The notes beneath the pieces were generated by a model. That model was not told the origin of the DNA. It made no database searches and was given only the letters and a program-made list of their open reading frames with translations. Both the position numbers and the translations under genes were made by a program. 59,299 bases of DNA from Firmicutes bacterium UBA3576 (GTDB lineage Bacteria; Bacillota; Sulfobacillia; UBA3569), in NCBI GenBank assembly GCA_002375895.1, contig DFND01000096.1:1-59299 (forward strand). The letters are read 5' to 3'. Below are positions 18,488 through 27,687 of the stretch, piece by piece. Numbering within the stretch: the stretch's first letter is position 1; each line of letters begins with the position of its first letter.

Positions 18488-18513
18488 AAAAAAACACGCC
18501 GGACATCCCGGCG
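18488..18513 (-). terminator. Intrinsic terminator after yerC
   Basis: CGCCGG-N5-CCGGCG stem followed by a T7 run on the minus strand. Confidence 0.75.
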
Positions 18514-18526
18514 CTGCGGTATTCTC

Positions 18527-18823
18527 CTAATCTCCAGCCAGCCGCTTCAAGACCAGGTTGTACCCGTCAGCCCCGTAGTACAGGAACCTCTTGATACGGC
18601 TTATGGTAGCGGTGCTCATCCCCGTCTCGCGGACGATCTCGTCGTAGGTCTTGCCCTCGCTGAGCATCGTGGCCGCCTTGAAGCGATGGGCCAGCTTCTG
18701 AATCTCGGTGACCGTGCAGAGGTCCTCGAAGAACATGTAGAACTCATCCACGTTCTTCAGCTGAAGCATGGCCTCGAACAACCTGTCCACATCCGGGTTA
18801 CGAAGCCTGGCGTTGTATCCCAA
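18527..18823 (-). CDS. yerC: YerC/YecD TrpR-like regulator (HisR candidate)
   Basis: FFEDLCTVTEI, TYDEI...STATISRIKRFLYYGADGY. Confidence 0.93.
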   Translation of the reverse strand: MGYNARLRNPDVDRLFEAMLQLKNVDEFYMFFEDLCTVTEIQKLAHRFKAATMLSEGKTYDEIVRETGMSTATISRIKRFLYYGADGYNLVLKRLAGD

Positions 18824-18889
18824 CCCTCCACCTCCTCAGGCCTGGGTCATGATAGACTTCGCCACTTTTCCGGAAAGTTCCTGCAGCCT

Positions 18890-20089
18890 TTAGAAGGGAA
18901 AGGCCGGATCCAAGAACACCTCCAGCATACGCCTGATGACCCGGGGCAGGGTGACCTCGGCTACGTCTCCTAGGGCGACCAGGTCCACCCGCCTGAGGGG
19001 CTCGCCCTGATGGGACACCACGATGAAACCCACCTTCTGGCCCCTCCCCACCGGGGCTCGCAGTACCTCGGGGGAGCGAAGGGCGATGAGCGGTGGGCCT
19101 ACGTCCCGCGGCATAACGATATCGAGATCAGCGGCGGGGCCCACTGGGACCTCCTCGGCCATGCCCCCCTTCACGGGCAACTCCCGCAGGACCTCCCCGC
19201 GGCTGAGCACCCTCCGCCTGGTGAAATTCTCGAACCCGTAGTCCAGGAGGCGCCTCGCCTCATACCAGCGGTCCCCGGCGTGCAGCACCACGGCTATGAG
19301 GCGAAGCCCGCCCCGACGTGCAGACGCCACCAGGCACCTGCCAGCGGCAGCGGTGGTGCCCGTCTTGACCCCCTCGGCGCCGGGATAGGCATACAGAAGC
19401 TTATTGGTATTGTTCAGAAGCAGGGTCCGCTTCCTGCCGTGGCGGTCTCGCCCCGTAACCTTCCTCTGCTTGGTACCGACTATCTCCCGGAACAGCTCGT
19501 ATTGAAGGGCGTAGCGGGTGATCAGCGCGAGGTCGTAGGCCGTCGAGTAGTGATTGGGGGCCGTGAGCCCGTGGGGATTCTGAAACCTGGTCTGATAGGC
19601 CCCGATCTCAAAAGCCTTCTCGTTCATCATCCTTATGAACTCCGCCTCGCTGCCGCCCCCTACGTGGATGGCGATGGCCAGGGCGGCATCGTTGCCGGAC
19701 ACCATGAGCAAACCCCACAGCAGATCGCGGAGGGTAAAGACGTCTCCCGGACGCAGATGCATTGAGGAGCCGTGGATGTAGGCGGCGCGGGCGGGGATCC
19801 GTACCTCGTCATCCAGGATACCCCTCTCAATGGCCACGATGGCGGCCATGATCTTGGTTAGGCTCGCCGGCGCACGACGCCGAAGGGCGTCCTTACCGTA
19901 GAGCAACGCCCCCGTTTCCTCCTCCATGAGGGCCGCCGTGTAGGCCCGTAGCTCGGGCTGTTCTGTCGCCTCCGACCTTATTACCGCGCCGGGGTACGGC
20001 TGAGACAAAGCAGCGACTGGGGCGCCGGCGCACGCAACCACGAGTACCACCGCCAGTGCCCCGACTGTGACCTTCGTCAATTGCATCAC
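18890..20089 (-). CDS. D-alanyl-D-alanine carboxypeptidase (peptidase S11, DacB/DacF-like)
   Basis: Signal peptide, PASLTK (SxxK), SGN, KTG motifs and a C-terminal PBP5 domain. Confidence 0.93.
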   Translation of the reverse strand: MMQLTKVTVGALAVVLVVACAGAPVAALSQPYPGAVIRSEATEQPELRAYTAALMEEETGALLYGKDALRRRAPASLTKIMAAIVAIERGILDDEVRIPARAAYIHGSSMHLRPGDVFTLRDLLWGLLMVSGNDAALAIAIHVGGGSEAEFIRMMNEKAFEIGAYQTRFQNPHGLTAPNHYSTAYDLALITRYALQYELFREIVGTKQRKVTGRDRHGRKRTLLLNNTNKLLYAYPGAEGVKTGTTAAAGRCLVASARRGGLRLIAVVLHAGDRWYEARRLLDYGFENFTRRRVLSRGEVLRELPVKGGMAEEVPVGPAADLDIVMPRDVGPPLIALRSPEVLRAPVGRGQKVGFIVVSHQGEPLRRVDLVALGDVAEVTLPRVIRRMLEVFLDPAFPF

Positions 20090-20152
20090 CCACAGTGCTC
20101 TGTTCTCTCCCTGAAATCCCTATTCCCCATCCCCTGGAAAAAGAAGACCCCT

Positions 20153-20182
20153 TTGACAGAGAAGTACGATACTTGATACAAT
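20153..20182 (+). promoter_or_regulatory. Sigma-A promoter of the THF riboswitch-folT unit
   Basis: TTGACA-N18-TACAAT with TGn extended -10. Confidence 0.7.
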
Positions 20183-20213
20183 GACCTTGACCGTCTGGCG
20201 TAAATGGGTAGGT

Positions 20214-20309
20214 GGCAGAGTAGGTGTTCCTGCGTTAAGTGCCGGAGGATGGGATGTTGCCTCCGGACGAAGGGCCTCGAGCCCGCGGTAGGGCACCGCA
20301 TCCGCTGCC
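20214..20309 (+). ncRNA. Tetrahydrofolate (THF) riboswitch
   Basis: Conserved blocks GCAGAGTAG, TGCGTTAAGTG, GGATGGGATGTTGCC, ACGAA, GCGGT and CACCGCATCCGCTGC, directly upstream of folT. Confidence 0.93.
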
Positions 20310-20372
20310 GCATCAGAAGCACCTCGTCTCCTGGTGTGGCACCTGCCACCCAAGGAGAGGAGGTGAGTTTTT

Positions 20373-20912
20373 ATGCGCATTACGACGCGTCAGGTTACCT
20401 ACCTGGGCCTTCTCATAGGCCTGGCCATCATCCTCACCCGCCTGGCCAGCATCCGGATAGCCTTCGGCGGGGTGGAGGGAATCCGCCTCGGCTTCGGGGC
20501 CCTGCCCATAATCATGGCCGGGGTATACTTCGGTCCCCTGAACGGGGCCCTCGTGGGCGCCCTCGCCGACGTCGTGGGCTACTTCATCAATCCCATGGGA
20601 GCCTACATGCCCCACTTCACCCTCACTTCGGCCCTGACGGGGGCTATCCCGGGCCTGGTGGTCTTCTGGTCAGGCCGGGAGAAGCAGCCGAGCCTGGGCC
20701 TCTTGCTGGCCTTCATCGCCCTTGGACAGCTGGTAACATCCATCATCCTGGTACCGTATTTCCTCTGGACCCTGTTCGGGATCCCGCTGCAGGCCACCCT
20801 GCCGCCGAGGATAGTGGCTCAGTTTATTCAGGTTCCCACGTACGCGGTTTTTCTGCACATCCTGTTGAGACGCCTTCGCCCGGTGGAGTTGGGCGAGGTC
20901 CACAAGGCCTGA
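20373..20912 (+). CDS. folT: Folate ECF transporter S component
   Basis: LTRLASIRI...RLGFGALPI, GPLNGALVGALADVVG, PHFTLTSAL; THF riboswitch upstream. Confidence 0.93.
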   Translation: MRITTRQVTYLGLLIGLAIILTRLASIRIAFGGVEGIRLGFGALPIIMAGVYFGPLNGALVGALADVVGYFINPMGAYMPHFTLTSALTGAIPGLVVFWSGREKQPSLGLLLAFIALGQLVTSIILVPYFLWTLFGIPLQATLPPRIVAQFIQVPTYAVFLHILLRRLRPVELGEVHKA

Positions 20913-20917
20913 AGGAT

Positions 20918-20946
20918 GAAACCCCCTCCCGCGCGGAGGGGGTTTC
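20918..20946 (+). terminator. Intrinsic terminator after folT
   Basis: 12-bp perfect stem GAAACCCCCTCC-N5-GGAGGGGGTTTC. Confidence 0.75.
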
Positions 20947-21051
20947 CTTCACGGCCACAGTGAAAGGGCCCGAAACCGCCCGACTAGGGAGGAACGGGCC
21001 CTTTGAGCGGCTAAAATAGTCTTAGGCTATAATGGTTGGGAGGGCAAGGCC

Positions 21052-22188
21052 TTGCAAATCGACGCCATATTACTCTGGTTGACGCTCTTTTTCTCCGGGA
21101 TGATCTTCCTCCACTTCGCGCTCGGCCTCGGAGCGATGCGCCGTTTTCCCCCTCCCCTGCCGGGCGAGCTGCCCGGGGTTTCGGTGATAAAGCCCATCAA
21201 GGGGGCCGACCCGGAGACCTACCTGTGCCTCGAGTCCTTCTGTCGTCAGAGGTACCCGGGCCCGTATGAAATAGTTTTCAGCCTGCAGGACCCCGAGGAC
21301 CCGGCCCTCCCCCTTCTCGAGCGGCTCCGACGGAATTACCCGGAGGTGCGGATGAAGATAACGGTGAACCCGGTCCGCCGGGGTATGAGCGGGAAGACCA
21401 GCAACCTCTTCTACGGCGTGAAGGAGGCCTCCCACCCCTACCTGGTTTTCAGCGACGCCGACATGAGGGCGGAGCCGGACTTCGTGCATCGTCTGGTGAG
21501 CCCGCTGCTCACACCGGCAACCGGCCTCTCAGCGGCTGTTCCTGTCCACACATCGGGCAGGGGTCTCTGGGCGCTCCTCTATCAGCTGCAGCTTAACGTC
21601 ACCATCCTGGCCCAGTGGCTTCCCTGGGCCAAGGTCCTCCCCCTGGGCGTCTCCGGCGGCACACTGGCCCTGCCCAGGTCCGTCCTGGAGGAGATCGGAG
21701 GGGTCGAGGCCTTCGGCGGCTTCCTCCTCGACGACGTGAAGATCGGCCTCTTGGTGAGAGAGGCCGGATATCGCATCGAGCTCGGCCCAGCCCTTGAGGC
21801 CTCCGTGGGGGAGAAGGCCCCTGTGGACGTGATAAGCCTTCTGTCCAGGGGAGCCGCCATCTATCGGTTCATGCTCGGGGCTCTGCTGACAGTCACCTAC
21901 TTGCTCGGCGCCTACTTCTACCTCCCCGTCTGGCTGGTATCGCTTGTCACCTTATCCCCTTCCATCTTCGCCATCGGCTGGCTACATCTTGGGTTGAAAA
22001 CGCTCGCCTTTTACCTCATAAGCCGCTTCTTGGCCGGATCGTCGGGAAGAGAGGCCCTTTACACCGTCGTGCTCGACGGCCTATTCCTGTTCACCTTCGC
22101 CAAGGTCTCCCTGACCCGACGGATTCACTGGCGCGGGATGGACTATACCGTCGATAAGGACGGCCGGATCGTCCCCATAGAGGGATAG
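21052..22188 (+). CDS. Glycosyltransferase, ceramide-glucosyltransferase/HpnI-like (GT2/GT21)
   Basis: VSVIKPIKGAD, ESFCRQRYP, GKTSNL, FSDAD, LLDD; N- and C-terminal hydrophobic segments. Confidence 0.8.
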   Translation: MQIDAILLWLTLFFSGMIFLHFALGLGAMRRFPPPLPGELPGVSVIKPIKGADPETYLCLESFCRQRYPGPYEIVFSLQDPEDPALPLLERLRRNYPEVRMKITVNPVRRGMSGKTSNLFYGVKEASHPYLVFSDADMRAEPDFVHRLVSPLLTPATGLSAAVPVHTSGRGLWALLYQLQLNVTILAQWLPWAKVLPLGVSGGTLALPRSVLEEIGGVEAFGGFLLDDVKIGLLVREAGYRIELGPALEASVGEKAPVDVISLLSRGAAIYRFMLGALLTVTYLLGAYFYLPVWLVSLVTLSPSIFAIGWLHLGLKTLAFYLISRFLAGSSGREALYTVVLDGLFLFTFAKVSLTRRIHWRGMDYTVDKDGRIVPIEG

Positions 22189-22650
22189 AATGGAACCGAC
22201 CAACACAGTCGCTGTCGCTGACAAGTTTAGCAACAGTGTCCTATACCGCCGCCCCCGTGAATTCTCGGACGGCGGTCTTCTTACTTGAGGTTCCCTGGAA
22301 GGGATGGGCACAACCCTCCACTGCAGAGCCCATGCGCTACAGGTGCCCCGGGCGGCCAAACCTGACGCATTCTGGGATAACCAGGAGGAGCCATGGCTTC
22401 GCCAGCGAATAAGGAATCATATATTGGTTATCAGGATACATTGGCTTGATGCCTTTTTGGATTTTGTACAAACACAGCCGTTAACGAAACAGGGCGGAGG
22501 CGAAACAGGGGGTCCATGGCCGTGCTCCGCTGCGCCAGAGCAGCAGTGATACTTGTGAAGCGGCAACGGTATCTATGGGCAGTTTGGCCAGAACACTGGA
22601 GCGGCCGCCGTTCACCCCAGGCAGCTGCTCCAATGCAGGAGTTGAGCCTG

Positions 22651-25600
22651 ATGGCTATCTCCCTGCTCGAAGCCAAGATACGCCGTCCCACTCTGCCGCG
22701 AAGGGTAGTACGGCCGAGGATACGCTACCATCTACAGAAAGCAGCCGAAGGCGCCCGGGTGACCGTCGTCTGGGCAGGGCCGGGTTACGGTAAGACCACC
22801 GCAGTGCTGGACTTCCTCGAGTGGCAGGCGAAACCCAACGTCTGGTATCAGCTGGGCCCCGAAGACACTGACGTAATGTTCTTCCTGGCCCACCTGGCAA
22901 TGGCCCTGAGCAGGTCTGCTGCAGCCCAACCTCCGGCCCTACAAGAACTCGTGAACCTGCGGGACCCGCTGTCGGCCGTCAAGCTCCTGTGTGCTCGGCT
23001 CAGCCAAGTTCCTGACGACCGGTTCTTTCTGGTGCTTGACGACCTGCATGCTGCCCAGAGTCAGCATCTAATGACCACTCTCGAGCATCTCATTCGTCTG
23101 CTCCCCGGTCACGTACGCCTGTTCCTGTTGAGCCGAGAGCGCCCCTTCCTTTGTCTGGAGAACATGCTGCTGTCAAGGGCAGCAGCAATGATCACTTCCA
23201 AGGAGCTCCGTTTCACGCGGTCTGAGACGGAAGAGCTGTACCGTGTCCTGGCACCCGAAACCGTGGGAGACGAGCTGGTGGACCGCGCCCTGGCAGAAAC
23301 CGACGGCTGGGTAACCGGGCTAATTCTGCTGCTCCTATCAGGAGACAGCCACCTGGTGGCGTCAGCTGGGGAAACGGAACGGGTCTTTAACTATCTGGCG
23401 GAAGACGTGCTGCAGAAGCTGGAGCCTGACCTACAGGAGTTCCTGCTCATCAGTGGGGTGCCCGACCAGTTTACCGCTCAGCTGCTGCAGTATCTCGTGC
23501 CGGACAAGCCGGCGGAGGAGTGGTTGCGTAAGATAAGGAGAAAGGACCTATTCCTGTACCGGTTGGACGAAGGGGGTTACCGCTACCACGAGCTGTTCCG
23601 GTCCTTCTTGCGTAGCCGGCTGCCGGCGGAAGAGGCCCGCGTGTTCTTGAGGCGTACCGCCGAGCACTACGAGGCCCGGGGCGACCTCATCCAAGCCCTC
23701 GACTACCGACTGCGAGCAGCTGAACCTGACCAGGCGCTGCGCCTGCTGGAGCGTTGCGGCGACCAGCTGGTCCAATCGGGCCAGGTAGATACCCTGATCC
23801 GCTGGACCAGAGAACTCGCTGTCGCAGGGGCGCTCTCACCCCGACTCCACCTGCATCTCGGACGGGCGTATGAGACCAAAGGCGACTTCCGGCATTCGCT
23901 GGATCATTTCCAGGCCGTACAGGGTGCGGACGACCAGGAGCTGGTCATCGAGGGGTTGTTGGGCGAGGCCCAGGTTCTCACCCAGATGGGGAGATCGCAC
24001 CAGGCACGCCAGGCCGCTGAGCGAACCCTGGAATTGGTAGCGTCCGACGATCACGCCACTCGCGGCCTGGCCTACACCGTGCTGGCGCGGGCCATCTGGA
24101 TCACGCACAACTGGGACCGGACGGAGCAATATCTGGAACAGGCCTACACTGCTTACCGGCGAGCCGGCGATGAATTTGGTCAGGTCCGTGCGCTGAATGC
24201 GCTCGGGGCCACCGTTCGCGAACCCCGGGGTAACTTCCATGGGGCCCGCTTGCTTTACCTGGATTCCTATGCCCAGAGCCGGGAGCTTCAGTACCTTCCT
24301 CATGCCGCCCTTACTTTGGCCAATGCCGCTCATGCCGCAGCCATGGTAGGAGAGTTTGATCGGGCCCGGGAGGAGTTCACTGAAGCTCTGCGGCTGGCCA
24401 GGGCAATAGGCGGCCAGAGCGAGCTCGTCAATGCCCTGCTGCAGTACGGAGAGTTCTTGCTCCTGGTAAACGATCAACATCAGGCCTTCGAGGTGCTAGC
24501 AGAGGCCATGGAGGTCAACGACCTCCTGGGTGACCCGTGGCGACGGGCGGGGATCTACTACAACTTGAGCATAGCCCACCGGCTGGCGGGGAATATACCG
24601 CAGGCTAGACGCTATGCAGAGCGGGACTGGGAGATCATCGTAGAGCTGGGCAATGTGCACTTTCTGGCCCAGAGCTGTGTGAATATGGCCCATGTAGCCC
24701 TGACCTCCGGCAGGCTGAAAGAGGCCCGAGAATATGCCGCCAAGGCTCTGGACACTGCGCTTCGGCTGGAATGTCGCTACATTGAGGTGGAAGCCCGTCT
24801 GCTCCTGGCCTACCTGACCGGTGAACTGGAACACCTGGCAGTAGCCTTCGGTCTGGCTGCCGCCCACGGTTACTGGCCGCTCATCGCCCGAGAGTGGCAG
24901 CTGACCCTGCCGCTGATGTTCTATGGCAAGGTTGACACCTTCGCCGCTGAGTTGACCCGAGAAGTGACCAGGTGGCTGCAGACCCACCTGGCCGACTCGG
25001 ATTACATGGAATTCCCCGAGGTCTACCGTCTGCGGGCCCAGGGTCAGGTGCCGAGGATATACCTGATGGGACAGTTCCGGTTGCTAGATGGCCACGGCCG
25101 CCAGCTTCAGTTCAAGCTTGCGAAATCGCAGGCCTTATTTCAACTGCTCGTCCTGAAACGAGGCAAGTGGTTCCAACGGGAGGCCCTTCTCGATCTGTTC
25201 TGGCCAGGACTGGACACCAGACGGGCACAGTCCAACTTTCGGGTGACTCTTCATGCGCTCCGCCAGACCCTGCGGGAGGGCAACCTGCAAGAGTGGCTAG
25301 AAGTCACCAACGCGGCGCTACGGTTGAGCCCGCAGGCCGAGTACTGGTGCGACCGGGACGAACTTGAAGCCCTGGGCAAACACCTGAAGCCGCAGGAAAG
25401 TGAACAGCCCGCCTTCATCCGCCAACAGCGGGCCCTGAGAGTCGTCGAGCTCTATAGCGACGGACTGCTGCCCCTGGCGGGGGGTGATGAATGGGCCCTG
25501 CTGGAGAGAGAATACCTACAGGAAATATTCCTAAAGGCCCTCGAGCTTTTGGAAGAGGAGGGCCTAGAGCGGCAGACCTACCACCGGGTTATCGCCTTCT

Positions 25601-25791
25601 GCCTGACCCATCTGCAGGTGGACCCCCTGGATGAACAGGCCTGCATGCGTATGCTCCGAGCCTATGTCGCCACTGGCCAGAAGCATAAAGCAGCAGCGGC
25701 CTACCAAACCTTCGTCCAGAACCTCTCCGAGGAACTGGGCATAGGGCCGTCCCCGGAGCTGGAAAGGCTGTATCGGTCCATCGTAGGGTAG
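22651..25791 (+). CDS. Large transcriptional regulator: MalT-like ATPase + TPR + C-terminal winged helix/BTAD
   Basis: Walker A GPGYGKTT, Walker B LVLDDLH, YRYHELFRSFL, TPR-like repeats, wHTH (REALLDLFWP...NFRVTLHALRQ) and BTAD (DPLDEQACMRMLRAY). ATG 22651 has an AGGAG SD. Confidence 0.88.
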   Translation: MAISLLEAKIRRPTLPRRVVRPRIRYHLQKAAEGARVTVVWAGPGYGKTTAVLDFLEWQAKPNVWYQLGPEDTDVMFFLAHLAMALSRSAAAQPPALQELVNLRDPLSAVKLLCARLSQVPDDRFFLVLDDLHAAQSQHLMTTLEHLIRLLPGHVRLFLLSRERPFLCLENMLLSRAAAMITSKELRFTRSETEELYRVLAPETVGDELVDRALAETDGWVTGLILLLLSGDSHLVASAGETERVFNYLAEDVLQKLEPDLQEFLLISGVPDQFTAQLLQYLVPDKPAEEWLRKIRRKDLFLYRLDEGGYRYHELFRSFLRSRLPAEEARVFLRRTAEHYEARGDLIQALDYRLRAAEPDQALRLLERCGDQLVQSGQVDTLIRWTRELAVAGALSPRLHLHLGRAYETKGDFRHSLDHFQAVQGADDQELVIEGLLGEAQVLTQMGRSHQARQAAERTLELVASDDHATRGLAYTVLARAIWITHNWDRTEQYLEQAYTAYRRAGDEFGQVRALNALGATVREPRGNFHGARLLYLDSYAQSRELQYLPHAALTLANAAHAAAMVGEFDRAREEFTEALRLARAIGGQSELVNALLQYGEFLLLVNDQHQAFEVLAEAMEVNDLLGDPWRRAGIYYNLSIAHRLAGNIPQARRYAERDWEIIVELGNVHFLAQSCVNMAHVALTSGRLKEAREYAAKALDTALRLECRYIEVEARLLLAYLTGELEHLAVAFGLAAAHGYWPLIAREWQLTLPLMFYGKVDTFAAELTREVTRWLQTHLADSDYMEFPEVYRLRAQGQVPRIYLMGQFRLLDGHGRQLQFKLAKSQALFQLLVLKRGKWFQREALLDLFWPGLDTRRAQSNFRVTLHALRQTLREGNLQEWLEVTNAALRLSPQAEYWCDRDELEALGKHLKPQESEQPAFIRQQRALRVVELYSDGLLPLAGGDEWALLEREYLQEIFLKALELLEEEGLERQTYHRVIAFCLTHLQVDPLDEQACMRMLRAYVATGQKHKAAAAYQTFVQNLSEELGIGPSPELERLYRSIVG

Positions 25792-25884
25792 AAAGACCAT
25801 ACAGAACGGCCCTTCGTTTAGGCTTCTCTAGTCTGGCCCCCTTTTCCCCCTCTGTCCTCGAGTTCCCTCCGTGGTCCGGGACGA

Positions 25885-25915
25885 TTAACGCCGCGTTAAC
25901 GCCTCTTTATTAACG
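25885..25915 (+). promoter_or_regulatory. Candidate operator: TTAACGCC direct repeats 11 bp apart plus a third TTAACG
   Basis: TTAACGCC at 25885 and 25896, TTAACG at 25910; 25885-25899 is also a palindrome (TTAACGC-C-GCGTTAA). Confidence 0.5.
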
Positions 25916-25947
25916 TAGAAGAAACCTAGAGAAAGGAGGTGTATGCA

Positions 25948-27687
25948 ATGCGGCGTTTCGTTTTTCAGCTGCACAAGTACTCGGCCGTCCGGGCACTAGC
26001 GATAGTTGGAGCAGTAGTCCTCGTCCTCACACTGATACCCAGTAGCGCATCAGCAGGGCCACCAACTGTAAGGTTACCAGACTTCAAAGATGGAGTAGAG
26101 TATGACTATGATCGGGTGTACTTCCCCGGTGGTAATCTCCGCCTGGAGCTCAGCGGGTTCAACAGCAACGGCTTACCTGACGGTACTTCGATGCGGGTGT
26201 ATTTCGGCATCATCACTGAAGGAAACGGCTTCAGTTACGATCAAGAGGTCCTGGAAGGCCTCTCCCAGGACGGTAATGGCTGGTACGCAGAGACTCAAGT
26301 TATGGGCGATACGGTGACAGTCATCGGCGTAGTAAATTCCGGCCTTCCACCCGGTGTGCTTTGCGTCTCCCTTTACATCCCCTCCGGTCAGTCGGGGGGC
26401 TGGGATCGGATCATCCCCGATCTACCGCTTGTAGACAGCAGCACTGGGGAGTCCTTCCCAGCCATTGTCGGCGTTACGGTACCCTCAGGGGACATCATCG
26501 TCCAACCTGGTTTGGAAGAATTCAACAACCTCTATGACACCGATATAGCGATCGAGTTCGAAAAGCAGGGCTTGGGCAGCATTGAGTTTGAAGCCGGGCT
26601 CAACATCATCGAGAACCGAGATCAGCTGATGCAGCTGCAAGATGCGATTAGTCTGGAGTTCGCGGACGGCGCCCTCAGAGCCAGCGTCGACACAGAAACC
26701 CTCGAGTTTCTGGCCGACCATGCGGCGACAATCGTATTCTACAACGCTATGGCGAAGCTGGGCCTCACTGGGGTCACAGCAGATAATATCCTCGACTACA
26801 TAGCCATCCTAGTAACTGACAACGACGACCAAGTCGTGCCTGAAGGGGAGCTATCCAACTACCTGGATCTGGAGGAACTTGGCTACGACTCAAGAGAAGA
26901 CATGTTGATTATTCCCGTCAAGCACTTCACCAGCTACATTGTAAAGCCCTCCAGCCCTCCCGAAGCCGACACAACACCGCCGGAAGGGTCGATCACCATC
27001 AATGACGGTGACGAAACCACCAATAGCCGCACCGTAACTTTGACGCTCACAGCCTCCGACGACGTTTCTCCAACAGCGAACCTGGAGATGCGCTTCAGGG
27101 ACAATGGCGGCAGCTGGACCGGGTGGGAGCCCTTCAGCACCAGCAAGGACTTTGAGCTGACTGCGGAATACGGCAAACACACCGTCGAAGTGGAGTTCCG
27201 TGACGAGGCGGGCAACATCTCGGACCCAGTCGGGGCCACTATCGAGCTGGTCAAGCGGCGCTTGAGACTGGTCAGGCAGAAGCCCTTCTGGGGCGTCTAT
27301 CCTCCTGACGAGGCACCGGCGGTGGTCGAGCTCTTCTTCGGTCACCCGTACGTTCGGGTCGACGGTCGGTTAGTGGATATCGATGCCCAGCCCTATGTGG
27401 CTGACAGCGGCAGCACCATGGTCCCCGTGCGTTTCCTGGCGGAGCTGCTGGGCGGCGAGGTAACCTGGCACCGCGACGGCACTATAACCGTTACTGTGGG
27501 CGAAGACCGCTTCAACCTGAGGGTCGGGTCAGCCACCGTCTACTTCAACAGCACCTACCGTACGGGCGATTACCCGGTGACCATAGTCGACGGTCGGGCT
27601 TACATGCCTGTCAGGCTCCTGGCCAAGATCTACAACCTGGTTATCGGCTGGGTACCCGACGAGGGGAAGGTCCGGCTGCTGAAGTAG
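25948..27687 (+). CDS. Secreted/surface protein with an Ig-like repeat and a C-terminal copper-amine-oxidase N-terminal (stalk) domain
   Basis: Signal peptide ending ASA; DTTPPEGSITINDG...EFRDEAGN Ig-like unit; TMVPVRFLAELLG and RAYMPVRLLA motifs; strong SD. Confidence 0.8.
   Translation: MRRFVFQLHKYSAVRALAIVGAVVLVLTLIPSSASAGPPTVRLPDFKDGVEYDYDRVYFPGGNLRLELSGFNSNGLPDGTSMRVYFGIITEGNGFSYDQEVLEGLSQDGNGWYAETQVMGDTVTVIGVVNSGLPPGVLCVSLYIPSGQSGGWDRIIPDLPLVDSSTGESFPAIVGVTVPSGDIIVQPGLEEFNNLYDTDIAIEFEKQGLGSIEFEAGLNIIENRDQLMQLQDAISLEFADGALRASVDTETLEFLADHAATIVFYNAMAKLGLTGVTADNILDYIAILVTDNDDQVVPEGELSNYLDLEELGYDSREDMLIIPVKHFTSYIVKPSSPPEADTTPPEGSITINDGDETTNSRTVTLTLTASDDVSPTANLEMRFRDNGGSWTGWEPFSTSKDFELTAEYGKHTVEVEFRDEAGNISDPVGATIELVKRRLRLVRQKPFWGVYPPDEAPAVVELFFGHPYVRVDGRLVDIDAQPYVADSGSTMVPVRFLAELLGGEVTWHRDGTITVTVGEDRFNLRVGSATVYFNSTYRTGDYPVTIVDGRAYMPVRLLAKIYNLVIGWVPDEGKVRLLK

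Noticed and set aside
9797-18526. IS element, integrase or att sites bounding the III-C cassette
   Set aside because: No transposase or integrase ORF, terminal inverted repeats or flanking direct repeats could be identified by eye.
18002-18530. ORF-track proteins 18002..18241, 18060..18530, 18165..18368 and 18274..18489
   Set aside because: No SD support, no recognisable domain and mutually overlapping; treated as non-coding or decayed sequence.
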